Of a stretch of 64,000 bases of DNA, positions 52,243-63,036 are shown in pieces (position 1 is the stretch's first letter; each line of letters starts with the position of its first letter). Where the stretch lies: contig CBDFJF010000001.1 in NCBI GenBank assembly GCA_965248265.1, forward strand, positions 1,856,001 to 1,920,000, in the 5' to 3' direction. The DNA is from Candidatus Latescibacterota bacterium (GTDB lineage Bacteria; Latescibacterota; UBA2968; UBA8231). The notes beneath the pieces are model-generated. The model ran no database searches. It was given only the letters and a program-made list of their open reading frames with translations, and was not told where the DNA came from. The translations under genes were made by a program, and so were the position numbers.

Positions 52243-52974
52243 TCAAGACGCACTGGCCGCTACGATCCCCCAGACAGAGCGGGCACCCCCCTCTTTCAAC
52301 GCCCGGCCGCACGCGGCGATGGTAGCTCCGGTCGTCGAGACATCATCAACCAGTCCAATACGGAGCCCCACCGGCGCGCGGGCGCCGGGTTCAAAAGCAC
52401 CTCGCACATTCTCCATTCGGCCTTCGCCATCCATCTTGGCCTGCTGTTGTGTAGCCCGTGATCGCCTTACCAGGCCGCGGATCAGCGGTATCTCCAGTGC
52501 CTCTGCCAGCCCCTGTGCGATGCACAGACTCTGATTGTAACCACGTTCGCGCAATCTCGTCGGATGAAGGGGAACGGGGACCAGGACGTCGACCTGGTTG
52601 AGATCCTCGCGCAATGCTCGGCTCAAGCCAATATGGTACCCCAGCAATCTGGCAAGACGGCGTTTCCCCGCAAACTTGATCGCATGCACGAGGTCGGAAG
52701 AGATGTCGTCGAAGCGTGCCCATGCCAGGACCCGCTCCGGATCAGCCGACCACGATCGGCAGTTGGGACAACCGCTGGAATCATCGCTGGGTACCGCTGG
52801 TTCGGAGCCTGTTTGCTCTGGTGGCACGTAGCTGCAGCGTCGACAACGCTCGGGTGGCACCAGCGGCAAGCGATTCCAGCAGGCGGAGCACAGGTATTCC
52901 GTATCAGGTGTCAGCGGACACTCGCAGGCGATGCAGTGAGCGGGGTAGAAGAACCCGAGTGCAACCCGGGACAT
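52243..52974 (-). CDS. comF: ComF-family phosphoribosyltransferase-like protein with zinc ribbons (start approximate)
   Basis: Several CxxC pairs; VPVPLH..RLRERGYNQ; LVDDVSTTGAT. Confidence 0.88.
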   Translation of the reverse strand: MSRVALGFFYPAHCIACECPLTPDTEYLCSACWNRLPLVPPERCRRCSYVPPEQTGSEPAVPSDDSSGCPNCRSWSADPERVLAWARFDDISSDLVHAIKFAGKRRLARLLGYHIGLSRALREDLNQVDVLVPVPLHPTRLRERGYNQSLCIAQGLAEALEIPLIRGLVRRSRATQQQAKMDGEGRMENVRGAFEPGARAPVGLRIGLVDDVSTTGATIAACGRALKEGGARSVWGIVAASAS

Positions 52975-53220
52975 CGAGCGGTACCAGCGGCCGGGATGCT
53001 TTGCCGTAAACAACGGTAAGTCACTGCCTAACTGTGTCTGGATGGAGCCGGAAGTGTCACGCATGCTGCACAATCATCGGGCACACGGTTTTGAAGAGGG
53101 ACGCCGATCCGGGAGGCTTGCGGTGGATGAGGTGCCCGGTCACACGATCGGGATCTCAATATCCGTGCCAGCTGCCACACTCCCACAAGCGAGCGCCCGA
53201 CATGTGTATATAGGTACATG

Positions 53221-53253
53221 AAAAAGCCTGCACTCGACGAAGCCGGGTGCAGG
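53221..53253 (-). terminator. Rho-independent terminator
   Basis: CCTGCACTCG/CGGGTGCAGG stem, with a T run on the minus strand just after the small ORF. Confidence 0.6.
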
Positions 53254-53283
53254 GCAGGACTTGCTTGCTATCTGAATTGACGG

Positions 53284-53451
53284 TCAGGCTACCAGATCCA
53301 GGTGTTCCTCCTCTTCTGGATTCAGCGTGTGGTCACGGGAATCCTCAGACTCGTCCTTGCTCCTTTTGCGCTTGCGCCGTTGGTCTTCACGCTGTTGTTT
53401 CGACAGTGCGTCATTTGTGCGCAATATCGACGTATTGATCGGGTTGATCAT
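53284..53451 (-). CDS. Small 55-aa charged protein (below the ORF-track cutoff)
   Basis: MINPINTSILRTNDALSKQQREDQRRKRKRSKDESEDSRDHTLNPEEEEHLDLVA; GGAGG RBS; terminator downstream. Confidence 0.65.
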   Translation of the reverse strand: MINPINTSILRTNDALSKQQREDQRRKRKRSKDESEDSRDHTLNPEEEEHLDLVA

Positions 53452-53692
53452 GATGGTCGCGCCCTCCGTGGCACGTCACCCTGGTGCCACTGACACCGGA
53501 GTATCCGAAATCTCCATGACGGACGCGCCGGTCTCTGGCAACTCCAGTTGACCCTGCCGAGGTTAGCGCGTGCCCGTTCACTCCGAACCCACCTATTGAT
53601 ATTATCGGCCTTTTCTTTTTCATCTACACTACATTCTGCCTCGCCAACTCGTTGAGGGCCAGTGAGTTGAGCACCGGCACAAGAGAGAGACC

Positions 53693-56614
53693 ATGTTGAG
53701 AAACAAGCTGATCGGGTTGATCTGGGGGATCATCTTCGCAGGGTCGCTACCCGTATGCTCCGGCTACGAGCTGATTCACAAGCCGGAACCGAAGGATCCG
53801 ATGAAGGTCCACGTGTACCGGCTCGACAACGGCCTGACCGTGTACCTGACGGAGAACCATCAGAAACCCAGGTTCTATGCCGAGATCGCCGTGAGGGCCG
53901 GCAGCAAGCACGACCCTTCCGAAGCGACCGGCATTGCGCACTATCTCGAGCACATGCTGTTCAAGGGATCTCAGAAGATCGGAACTCTCGACTACGGAAA
54001 AGAGAGCGTTCATCTCGACAGCATCGAAACGTTGTACGAGCGTCACTTCAGGACGGCTGACGAGACTGAACGCAAGGCGATCTACGTGCTCATCGACGAT
54101 CAAAGCCAGCTGGCCGCTCAGCACGCCGTCCCCGGCGAGATCGACCGTTTGTACAACTCCATGGGAAGCAGGCGGATGAACGCCCATACGTGGGTGGAGG
54201 AGACGGTCTATAAGATCGACCTGCCGTCGAATCGCTTCACCCACTGGGCCAAAACCGAGGCCGAGCGTTTCTCGAAGCCGGTTTTTCGTCTGTTTCAGAC
54301 GGAGCTGGAGACGGTCTACGAAGAGAAGAACCGGTCGATGGACAATAAGGACCGGCTGATACGCAAAGCAGTCCATGGGATGTTGTACAAGCTCCATCCA
54401 TACGGACAGCGCACGACCTTGGGGTCAGTCGAGCATCTCAAGAATCCGTCTCTCAAACGGATGCGCGAGTACTACCAGACCTACTACGTGCCCAACAACA
54501 TGGCCGTGCTGGTCTCAGGCGACATAGATATAGCCCCAGCCATCGAACTCATCGATGCAGAGTTTTCTGCGTGGGAACCGAGTGAAATTCCCAAGGTCGT
54601 GCGGTGGAAGGAGCCCAAGCTGACGGAGAGAGAACATGTCAGTGTGAGCTATCCCGGCGAGGAATACGTCCTCCTAGCCTTTCGCACGGAGGCCAGCACC
54701 CACAAGAACACGGAGGCCCTGCAGGTTCTCGACATGATCCTGGACAATGCCACGGCCGGACTCATCAATATCAACCTCAACCAGAAACAGGCGGTGCGAC
54801 GGGCCGGCTCGTACACGACCTCGCACAGCAACCAGAACGACTACGGCGCCCAGTACCTGTGGGGAATCCCCAAACAGGACCAGTCGCTGGAGGAGGTGGA
54901 GGAACTCCTGCTCGACCAGATCGAACTGTTGCGCGACGGCGAGTTCGACGACTGGATCATTCCCGCCATCGTCACGGACTTCGACAAGTCCCGCAAGCGG
55001 GACCTGGAGGACAACGGCTCACGAGTGGCGATGATGCGCGACGCCTTCCTCTCTTTCAATCAGTGGGGCGCTGCCAGGCTCAAGGTCGAGCGCATGCGCA
55101 AAGTCAAAAAGGGCACTGTGAAAAAGATGGCTCGGAAGTATTTCAGTGACGGTTACGTCGTCGGCTTCCGTCGCCACGGCGAACCGGAGCTGCCGTCCAT
55201 CGAGAAACCCGAACTTCAATCCATAGACATCGAACCGGGGAGACAGTCCGTGTTTGCGGCTGAGATCATTGAGTTGCCGGTCGAAGACGTGGAGCCCGTG
55301 TTCATCATCCCCGGTCGCGACTTCACCGTGGAGGAGGTCGTCCCAGGGGTGCAGTTGTACTACGCCAAGAATCCCCTCAACGACTTGTTCACCTTCGATA
55401 TTTCAGTAGACGTCGGCACCATCGCCGATTCCATACTGTCGGTCAGCCGAGAGCTGATGGACAAATCTGGTACATCTGAGTTCACCGCTGAAGAGCTCAA
55501 GAAGGAGTGGTACCGACTGGGTACCGATTTCAAGTTCAACGTCGATGACTATGAGAGTACGGTCACGATGTCGGGTCTGGATGGGAATTTCGCTCGGTCC
55601 ATGGGCGTCGCCATGGATCTCTTGCGCCAACCGACGGCACCAGACTCTACCCTTGAGGAACTCATCCGCATCATCGTCGCACGCCGTCATGATCAGGTGA
55701 AGGACCACAACGCCATCAGCACGGCCCTCATCCGTTTCAACCGACATGGCGAGATGTCCGCATTTCGGCGCGCCATCTCCAACGCCGGATTGGGCCGCCT
55801 CAGCGTGGCCAGGCTACACGCCTCGGTACGACATCTTCTTTCCTACAAGCACACCATCAGCTATTCGGGATCACTGCCGGCTGAGAGAGTTCTGACTGAA
55901 CTGCGCAGATACTATCAAAACGTGGAAGCAGGCAGCCTGCGCGAACCACCTCCATTCCGCCCCCTGCTGATACGCGAGCCGGAAAGCTCACAGGTCTATT
56001 TCTTCAACAAGGAGATGGCACAGGCCCTCGTCCGCATCGAGAGCGGCGACGAACCCTACACTGAGACACGCCGGCCGGCCATCGACCTCTACAACGAATA
56101 CTTCGACGGCGGCATGTCCGGCATCGTCTTCCAGGAGCTGCGTGAGGCCCGGGCTCTGGCGTATTCGGCCGGCGCTCGGTACCTGCACGCCCACCGCGCC
56201 GACGACCCCAATCTGCTGGTGGGCGCAATCGGTTGCCAGGCGGACAAGACCCCGCAAGCGGTCGAAGCGTTCCTCGAGTTGCTCGACAACATGCCTGAAT
56301 CGACGGAGCGCTTTGAGGCGGCCAAAGCCGGCCTGATCAATCAGTACAGAACTTCCCGATTGGATTTCCGCACCATTCTCGGGGCAGTGAGAAAGTGGGA
56401 GCGCCAGCGGGTAGCCGTGGACCCACGGGCATGGCGCTTCGAGCAGATCCAGCGTGGCTCGTTGGAGGGACTGCTGGAATTCTATCGAGAACACATTCAG
56501 GGACGGCCGAAGCTGATCTCGATAGTGGGCGACAAGAGCAAGTTCGATTTGGCCAGCTTGGGACAATACGGGGAGATCGTTGAGTTATCGGTGGAGGATA
56601 TCTTCTCGTACTAG
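53693..56614 (+). CDS. Exported M16 (insulinase/pitrilysin) zinc peptidase
   Basis: Signal peptide; LDNGLTVYL; inverted zinc motif AHYLEHMLFKG; ELETVYEE; FQELREARALAY. Confidence 0.92.
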   Translation: MLRNKLIGLIWGIIFAGSLPVCSGYELIHKPEPKDPMKVHVYRLDNGLTVYLTENHQKPRFYAEIAVRAGSKHDPSEATGIAHYLEHMLFKGSQKIGTLDYGKESVHLDSIETLYERHFRTADETERKAIYVLIDDQSQLAAQHAVPGEIDRLYNSMGSRRMNAHTWVEETVYKIDLPSNRFTHWAKTEAERFSKPVFRLFQTELETVYEEKNRSMDNKDRLIRKAVHGMLYKLHPYGQRTTLGSVEHLKNPSLKRMREYYQTYYVPNNMAVLVSGDIDIAPAIELIDAEFSAWEPSEIPKVVRWKEPKLTEREHVSVSYPGEEYVLLAFRTEASTHKNTEALQVLDMILDNATAGLININLNQKQAVRRAGSYTTSHSNQNDYGAQYLWGIPKQDQSLEEVEELLLDQIELLRDGEFDDWIIPAIVTDFDKSRKRDLEDNGSRVAMMRDAFLSFNQWGAARLKVERMRKVKKGTVKKMARKYFSDGYVVGFRRHGEPELPSIEKPELQSIDIEPGRQSVFAAEIIELPVEDVEPVFIIPGRDFTVEEVVPGVQLYYAKNPLNDLFTFDISVDVGTIADSILSVSRELMDKSGTSEFTAEELKKEWYRLGTDFKFNVDDYESTVTMSGLDGNFARSMGVAMDLLRQPTAPDSTLEELIRIIVARRHDQVKDHNAISTALIRFNRHGEMSAFRRAISNAGLGRLSVARLHASVRHLLSYKHTISYSGSLPAERVLTELRRYYQNVEAGSLREPPPFRPLLIREPESSQVYFFNKEMAQALVRIESGDEPYTETRRPAIDLYNEYFDGGMSGIVFQELREARALAYSAGARYLHAHRADDPNLLVGAIGCQADKTPQAVEAFLELLDNMPESTERFEAAKAGLINQYRTSRLDFRTILGAVRKWERQRVAVDPRAWRFEQIQRGSLEGLLEFYREHIQGRPKLISIVGDKSKFDLASLGQYGEIVELSVEDIFSY

Positions 56615-56791
56615 TGCCTGCTCGGTTCTGGTGATCTGCTCTGTAGAGATCTGCACACATCGATGGGAGTAATTCGTAACGGCAAACGGTCGCGATTCTG
56701 CTCGTCTGCCTCGCCTTGCCTGAGCATGCTGCGCCCCATCATCCTCGGCACAGTATGTGCAGTGTAAACGACGACGGCAGCCTCTGGAGGA

Positions 56792-59560
56792 GTGATGTTG
56801 CGGATACTCCGATCCGGGAACCCCGATCCGGGAACCCCGACCCGGGAATCCCGACCTGATGATGGACAACTTGACATGGAGTTCTCATCCGGGCCGCTTT
56901 CAGCGCTCGGATCCAGCTCAGGCGCCTGGAAGGCCCGCATAACAGCCACGGCGTTCGAGTGCAAGAAGAGCGACCGGGACACCCACTTCCCCCTCAAATC
57001 AATCACTCGCATCCAGTGCTCAACCGGTCTGGTGTGGGCTGACATCGAGATCTGCTGTGATGCGGAATCGCTGCGACTCGCAGGAATCTCCATCAATTCC
57101 GCGCGACGGCTGGCTCAGACGCTACAGGAGCGGGTGGCGGAAATCTTGCTGTCTCTGCTGGAGCCCCACAGGGCAAGCCTGTCGAGCTTGTGGCACGCCT
57201 ATACCGAACTCCTGAAGGCACCACACTATCTCGCTCATTCTGATCTCGAAGAATGGCGGCGCGTCAACGAAGCGCTCCATCGCACATCCCTCCGTGGCAT
57301 CACGGACCTGGTCGAACACCCGCTGCTCCCCTGTGACTCGTTTCCGGACGACCTGGTCGATCAAGCGCGGACTGTGATGGCGGCAATGTCCGGCAAGTCC
57401 GAGGTGCTCGAGAACCGAAACGAGCACTATCTCCAGCAGGAGATGATTCGGTATCAGGGCTTCTTCGACTCGGTCGAAAGTACACCGCTGACGCCCGAAC
57501 AACGCCGTGCCTCAATCATAATGGAGGATCGCAATCTGCTGGTAGCCTCGGCTGGCTCGGGCAAAACCTCGACCGTCGTAGGCAAGACCGGGTATGCCTT
57601 GCTGCGCAAACTGGTAACACCGCGGGAAATCCTCGTCGTGGCGTTCAACGCGCACGCTGCCAGGGAACTCGAGGAGCGCGTCCACGAGCGCTTGCAACCC
57701 TGGATAGCAGAACCTCTCTCGATCAAGGTGAAGACCTTTCACGCACTCGGCCTGGAGATTATCGCCGCCGTCGAAGGTGCCAGACCAGCGATAGCAGCGG
57801 ACGGTGATGGGGATGGTGTGACAGGTGAAGTCATCACGGATTTGCTGGTAACGGATGCTGAATTCGCCGCAGCTTGGGTGCGGTTCCACGCCCTCTATCG
57901 CGACAGCGCGATTGACCCGGAGGTCTTTGAGTCGGCTCAGGCCTGGCGCAGGTATGTGAAGGATCATGGAGAATACGAGAACGGGCTACATGGGTTTCGC
58001 ACACTGTGTGGCGACCTGGCTGGATCACCCTCAGAATGCGCCATCGCCAATTGGCTCTACCTGAATGGGGTGGAATACGTCCACGCACACTCCCTCGAGT
58101 CCCTGCCATGTTATCCTGGAATCTACCTGCCTGCAGTAGATACCTACATCGTGATTCAGACCTCGGAAGTCTCTGGCAAACCGGCGATCTGGCACCGGGT
58201 CCGTCGGGCTTGGGCACGCGCGAAGTCTCGAAAAAGGCCGCGGGCCATCGAAACCTCGTTTCCGGAGTATTTGTCTGGTGTGCTCTTTTCGAAACTTGAG
58301 AAGGAACTCGTCAACCGGGGGATCTCATTCAAACAGCTGCCCGTAGAGCAGGCGATGGATCAAATTGGCGAAGTCCAGGAACGACGCGGGGAAGTTACAT
58401 CGCAGTTGCTTCAAACATTCGTCAAACACGCCAGAGCCAGGCAGATGACGCCCACGGCGCTGGAAGCGGCGGCGGCGAGTCATTCCCAGCCGGCACGAGC
58501 CTGGCTGTTCGCCCGCATCGCTGGCCGTGTGGTGGATCAGTATGCTTCCAGACTTCGGGCCAGCGGCACGGTCGACTTCGGGGACATGATACTGAAGGCC
58601 GCTCGCTTTGCTGACGATGGACGCTACCGTCATCCCTTTCGCCTTATTCTGGTGGACAAGTTTCAGGACATATCCCGGGACCGGGCCGCACTGCTCCTCG
58701 GACTGTTGAAGCACACCCCTGACGCCAAGCTGTTTGCCGTGGGCGACGACTGGCAATCCATCTATCGGTTTGCCGGATCGGACATCAGTCTGTTCACCGG
58801 ATTCGAAGCGCACTTCGGCAAGACGGCAGTCAACTACCTGACCAGAACCTTTCGATCCAATCAAGGCATCGCGGAAACGGCGGCGCGTTTTGTGCAGAGG
58901 AACAACGCCCAGATGCACAAGCAGGTCGTGGCCGCCGATCAGACCAGCCAGGACACGCTCGTCGTTCGCCGCCACCAGCGCCGGAACCACCTGGCCCGAT
59001 ATGTCGAAGCCTGTCTGGAAGAGATGGCGCAAGAGACCGTGGATGCCGGTGAGCAGCGAACGGTGTACATCCTCGGACGCTACAGACGCCAGACCCCCGC
59101 AAGCCTGACGAACTGGAACCCCCGTTACCAACCGGCACTTCAGATCGAGTTCATGACGATGCATAGCTCCAAGGGGCTGCAGGCCGATTACGTCATCGTC
59201 GTCGGCCTCCAGGCTGAAGAATTCCCCTCGGAGAGGGTTGATGATCCGCTCCTTCACCTGGTGATGCCCGAACCCGAGACCTATCCACACGCCGAAGAAC
59301 GGAGGTTGTTCTATGTCGCCCTGACCCGAGCGCGGCACCGCGTCTACCTGCTCGGAAGCAAGGGATCTCCTTCTTGCTTTGTGACGGAGTTGGTCAACGG
59401 GGATGGAGGCTGTGCGCTACGGATCGCGGATGAATTAAAGGGTGACAGAATCTGTCCCCGGTGCGGATTGGGGACGCTGACACTTCGGAACGGGGCCCAT
59501 GGTCCATTCTTCGGATGCTCGGAGTTCCCGGTATGCAGGTACACACGAAGGGGGCTGTGA
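56792..59560 (+). CDS. HelD (helicase IV)-like UvrD/SF1 helicase with C-terminal topoisomerase-type C4 zinc finger; Walker B altered
   Basis: ASAGSGKT, TFH, VDKFQD, VGDDWQSIYRF, TMHSSKGL, EERRLFYVALTRAR, CPRC...FFGCSEFPVC. Confidence 0.85.
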   Translation: MMLRILRSGNPDPGTPTRESRPDDGQLDMEFSSGPLSALGSSSGAWKARITATAFECKKSDRDTHFPLKSITRIQCSTGLVWADIEICCDAESLRLAGISINSARRLAQTLQERVAEILLSLLEPHRASLSSLWHAYTELLKAPHYLAHSDLEEWRRVNEALHRTSLRGITDLVEHPLLPCDSFPDDLVDQARTVMAAMSGKSEVLENRNEHYLQQEMIRYQGFFDSVESTPLTPEQRRASIIMEDRNLLVASAGSGKTSTVVGKTGYALLRKLVTPREILVVAFNAHAARELEERVHERLQPWIAEPLSIKVKTFHALGLEIIAAVEGARPAIAADGDGDGVTGEVITDLLVTDAEFAAAWVRFHALYRDSAIDPEVFESAQAWRRYVKDHGEYENGLHGFRTLCGDLAGSPSECAIANWLYLNGVEYVHAHSLESLPCYPGIYLPAVDTYIVIQTSEVSGKPAIWHRVRRAWARAKSRKRPRAIETSFPEYLSGVLFSKLEKELVNRGISFKQLPVEQAMDQIGEVQERRGEVTSQLLQTFVKHARARQMTPTALEAAAASHSQPARAWLFARIAGRVVDQYASRLRASGTVDFGDMILKAARFADDGRYRHPFRLILVDKFQDISRDRAALLLGLLKHTPDAKLFAVGDDWQSIYRFAGSDISLFTGFEAHFGKTAVNYLTRTFRSNQGIAETAARFVQRNNAQMHKQVVAADQTSQDTLVVRRHQRRNHLARYVEACLEEMAQETVDAGEQRTVYILGRYRRQTPASLTNWNPRYQPALQIEFMTMHSSKGLQADYVIVVGLQAEEFPSERVDDPLLHLVMPEPETYPHAEERRLFYVALTRARHRVYLLGSKGSPSCFVTELVNGDGGCALRIADELKGDRICPRCGLGTLTLRNGAHGPFFGCSEFPVCRYTRRGL
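56809..56856 (+). repeat. 14-bp tandem repeat CCGATCCGGGAACC, ~3.4 copies
   Basis: Units start at 56809, 56823, 56837; partial copy at 56851. Confidence 0.85.
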
Positions 59561-59572
59561 CACACACAATGC

Positions 59573-59608
59573 AAAAGGGGATCCGGTATTCCACCCGAGT
59601 CCCCTTTT
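59573..59608. terminator. Bidirectional terminator between convergent genes
   Basis: AAAAGGGGA...TCCCCTTTT. Confidence 0.7.
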
Positions 59609-59654
59609 CGTGTTGGTAGCGGCTGAGGGATTCTGGCGTTTCCTGTCCTGCTAA

Positions 59655-60785
59655 CTACAGGCCCTTCCGCCAGACCACGTTGTTGACGTAGTCGGTGTAG
59701 CTCAAAATGATCCGGAGAACTTTCTCGGACACATTCGACACATCATAGTCATCAGGGATACGCACCACACGCGAATCACCAGATGGTTGAGTCTCCAGCA
59801 CCGCGAGCCCTTCCTGCACACGCGTCCATTCCAACCCAACCATCATCACTGCACCCTCTTCCATGCCCTCGGGTCGTTCGTGAGCCTGGCGGATGTTGAG
59901 AGCCGGAAAATTCAGAATCGAGGACTCCTCCGTGATCGTGCCACTGTCTGACAGCACGGCGCGGGCGCACGACTGCAACTTCACGTAATCGCAATAGCCG
60001 AACGGCTTCATCAGCTCTACAGCCGCGGGTAGTTCTGTCTGGTTTTCCTCAAGGCGTTTACGCGTCCGCGGGTGTGTCGAGACGATTACGCGCCTGCCGC
60101 TCTCAGCCAGTCCGCACAGGACCTCGACCAGACCAGACATCTGGGCGCGCACGTCAACGTTTTCCTCGCGGTGTGCGCTAACTATGTAGTACTCGTCTGC
60201 TTTCAATTCCAACCGTCCGAGGATGTCTGACTTGTCAATCTTTGGTCGGTAGTATTGCAGCACTTCGTACATCGGGCTCCCTGTCGTGATAATTCGATCA
60301 GGGGGCAATCCCTCTCGCAGCAGGTACTGACGCGCTATCGCTGAATAAGGCAGGTTGATGTCGCTGATATGATCGACGATACGCCGATTCACCTCTTCGG
60401 GCACGCGTTGATCGAAGCAGCGATTGCCCGCCTCCATGTGGAAGATCGGGATCTGCTGACGCTTGGCTGCGATGGCGGCCAGGCAACTGTTGGTGTCGCC
60501 GAGGATGAGTACCGCATCCGGCCGGACTTCCCTCAAGGTTGCATCAGCCCGGGCGATCACCAGCCCAATGGTCTCGGCCGGACTGGTCCCGGCCGCCTCC
60601 AGAAGGAAGTCAGGCTGGCGAATCTCGAGATCTTCAAAGAATATCTGGTTCAACTCGTAGTCGTAGTTCTGGCCAGTATGGATTATAGTCTGCTTAAAAC
60701 TCGCCTCGTTTCTGTCCAGTGCAGCCATCACCCGCGACAGACGGATGATTTCTGGCCGCGTCCCCACGACTGTGGCAATCTTCAC
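59655..60785 (-). CDS. fnlC: UDP-sugar 2-epimerase FnlC/WbjD/Cap5G
   Basis: [49 protein letters not shown]. Confidence 0.9.
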   Translation of the reverse strand: MKIATVVGTRPEIIRLSRVMAALDRNEASFKQTIIHTGQNYDYELNQIFFEDLEIRQPDFLLEAAGTSPAETIGLVIARADATLREVRPDAVLILGDTNSCLAAIAAKRQQIPIFHMEAGNRCFDQRVPEEVNRRIVDHISDINLPYSAIARQYLLREGLPPDRIITTGSPMYEVLQYYRPKIDKSDILGRLELKADEYYIVSAHREENVDVRAQMSGLVEVLCGLAESGRRVIVSTHPRTRKRLEENQTELPAAVELMKPFGYCDYVKLQSCARAVLSDSGTITEESSILNFPALNIRQAHERPEGMEEGAVMMVGLEWTRVQEGLAVLETQPSGDSRVVRIPDDYDVSNVSEKVLRIILSYTDYVNNVVWRKGL

Positions 60786-61936
60786 TCTTCGTCCTCCTGC
60801 ACCTTCGCAGCATACGTGTCTGGCCGAGCAGGATCGAACTCCTCGCTTGCCCAGAACAGGGTGATCAGATCTTCAGTTCCCACATTTTCAATGGAATGCG
60901 CAAATCCAGGCGGAATTTCGACGACGCGCATGTGCGCTCCCCTTACCTCATACTTGGTCACGTCCTGGCTCCCAAGCCGCCGGATCCGGATCACAGCCTC
61001 ACCCGCAAGCAACAGGAATTTTTCGGTCTTTGTATGGTGGTAGTGATTCCCGCGAACAATTCCCGGTGCGGTGCGTGACACAAAGAACTGTCCGAAACTC
61101 TGTCCCTTCGCTATTTCCGCCAGAACGCCACGCCTGTCACTCTTCTCATCCAGACCGTACATCAGATCATCCACCGGCACGTACGACAAGTACGTGGCGT
61201 GGAGCTTTCTGGCAAACGAATCCCGCAGATCAGGTGGGCGGACCGTTTGCCGCACCTCCTCAAACCCACGAATCTGTGCCAACAGCCCGCCTAGGTTCAC
61301 CTCGTACACCGGCTCCACATCACGCCAAACCAGGTCACTCTCTTGCCGGCATTCGAGCTCGCCCAACAGTCGCTGAACCAGGTCGTCGACGTAAATCAGT
61401 TCCAGCGACAACTCCGGATCTGAGACCGTAACAGGAAGGTCGCGAGCCACATTGTGACAAAACGTCGCCACCACCGAGTTGTAGTTTGGCCGACACCACT
61501 TTCCAAACACGTTCTTGAACCGATATATGGCCACATGGGCGCCGGAGCGCTCGCGGTACGTCCCTACGATCTCCTCCGCCTCCCGCTTGCTGATGCCATA
61601 CGGATTCTCCGCCGCCGCCTGGGTCGATGAGGCCAGCACCACCGGCACCGCCTGCCCGCGCTCCTGTAGCAACCGGCAAATATGTGCCGTCAGTTCAACG
61701 TTCACGTTGCGAAATTCTGCTTCATCATCCGGTCTGTTCACGCCGGCCAGGTGGAACACGAAGTCAGCCTTGGTCAAGGCTGCCTCAAGATCACGTGGTT
61801 TGTGGCTCCGGTCGATTGTCGAGATCTCGCAGTCGGGCACCTGCGCAAGCCACGCCATCAGGTTCTGACCAATGAAGCCTTTCGCACCCGTGACTAATAC
61901 TTCCACGACGCGCCTCTCGCCACAGGCAGCCAACAA
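60782..61936 (-). CDS. fnlB: FnlB/WbjC/Cap5F SDR reductase with cupin domain (start may be ~61909)
   Basis: [53 protein letters not shown]. Confidence 0.9.
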   Translation of the reverse strand: MLAACGERRVVEVLVTGAKGFIGQNLMAWLAQVPDCEISTIDRSHKPRDLEAALTKADFVFHLAGVNRPDDEAEFRNVNVELTAHICRLLQERGQAVPVVLASSTQAAAENPYGISKREAEEIVGTYRERSGAHVAIYRFKNVFGKWCRPNYNSVVATFCHNVARDLPVTVSDPELSLELIYVDDLVQRLLGELECRQESDLVWRDVEPVYEVNLGGLLAQIRGFEEVRQTVRPPDLRDSFARKLHATYLSYVPVDDLMYGLDEKSDRRGVLAEIAKGQSFGQFFVSRTAPGIVRGNHYHHTKTEKFLLLAGEAVIRIRRLGSQDVTKYEVRGAHMRVVEIPPGFAHSIENVGTEDLITLFWASEEFDPARPDTYAAKVQEDEE

Positions 61937-62025
61937 GTCTGCATCGAGCTACTCTGACTTCCCTTCATGGCAGTCGATGAAAAAAACCGCCCGCTCGCGG
62001 CCGGCAATCGATTCCAATTCCGATG

Positions 62026-63036
62026 TCAGTACGACAGTTGATGCTTCACGTATTCCAACTCGGTCAGCATCGCCCTTACTTCATCGAGGTCAAGTCGTCG
62101 GCAATTGTCGGAGTTATACTCCTCGCGACCTGACACCTCCGGGTTACCCTCGGTGTAGTATTGCTCGTAATTTAGATCACGCGTGTCTGCTGGCACCCGA
62201 AAGTATTGATCAAGATCGACACTTGCGTGCATCTCCTCTTTTGTTAATAGGGTCTCATACTCCTTCTCACCATGCCGCCGGCCTATCGTCTGAATCGCAT
62301 TGTCGGCCTTGAAGATCTGTTTCAACGCCAGCGCCAGATTCCCGATTGTTGCGGCGGGAGACTTCTGCACGAACAGGTCACCGGGGTCGGCGTTATCGAA
62401 CGCGTAGCGCACCAGACTCACCGCCTCATCGACACTCATCATGAAGCGGGTCATGTTGGGATCCGTCACGGTGATGGGTTTGTTGGATCTGATCTGATCG
62501 ATGAAGAGCGGGATGACAGACCCCCGAGAGGCCATGACATTTCCGTACCGCGTCACGCACACGCAGCATCCCTGGTCTGCTGCAACACGTGCTTTCCCGG
62601 CGACGAGCTTCTCCATCATCGCCTTGGAGATGCCCATCGCGTTTATCGGGTATGCCGCCTTGTCGGTGCTGAGCGCGACAACGCGCTTGACCCCTGCCGC
62701 AGTGGCTGCAGCGATGACATTCTCGGTGCCTACCGCATTCGTCAGCAGCGCCTCCATGGGGTAGAACTCGCAAGACGGCACCTGTTTTAGAGCGGCGGCA
62801 TGGAAGACCGAGTCAACACCGCTCATGGCGTCCAGTAGGCTTTCAGGCCGCCTGACGTCACCTATGTAAAACTTGATCCTAGGGTTACCGTACTCCATGC
62901 GCATCTCATGCTGCTTCTCTTCGTCTCGGCTGAAAATCCTGATCTCGGCGATCTCCGTATCCAGGAAACGCCGAAGCACGGCGTTGCCGAAGGTCCCGGT
63001 GCCACCAGTGATGAGCAGTGTACTTCCTTTAATCAT
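62026..63036 (-). CDS. fnlA: FnlA/WbjB/Cap5E UDP-GlcNAc 4,6-dehydratase/5-epimerase
   Basis: TGGTGTFG, HAAALKQVPSCEF, STDKAAYPINAMGISK, RYGNVMASRGSV, TRFMM. Confidence 0.92.
   Translation of the reverse strand: MIKGSTLLITGGTGTFGNAVLRRFLDTEIAEIRIFSRDEEKQHEMRMEYGNPRIKFYIGDVRRPESLLDAMSGVDSVFHAAALKQVPSCEFYPMEALLTNAVGTENVIAAATAAGVKRVVALSTDKAAYPINAMGISKAMMEKLVAGKARVAADQGCCVCVTRYGNVMASRGSVIPLFIDQIRSNKPITVTDPNMTRFMMSVDEAVSLVRYAFDNADPGDLFVQKSPAATIGNLALALKQIFKADNAIQTIGRRHGEKEYETLLTKEEMHASVDLDQYFRVPADTRDLNYEQYYTEGNPEVSGREEYNSDNCRRLDLDEVRAMLTELEYVKHQLSY

Noticed and set aside
48459-53722. GATCGGGTTGATC occurring three times (~48458, ~53437, ~53710)
   Set aside because: Short, in unrelated coding contexts and frames; no flanking similarity
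56611-56730. Second MITE copy after the M16 peptidase stop (CTAGTGCCTG...)
   Set aside because: Only ~10 bp resembles the TIR and no matching right TIR or target duplication was found
56747-56761. Second LexA box upstream of the helicase (GGCAC-N5-GTGCA)
   Set aside because: Spacer is 5 rather than 4 nt and the left half-site mismatches; too weak to call
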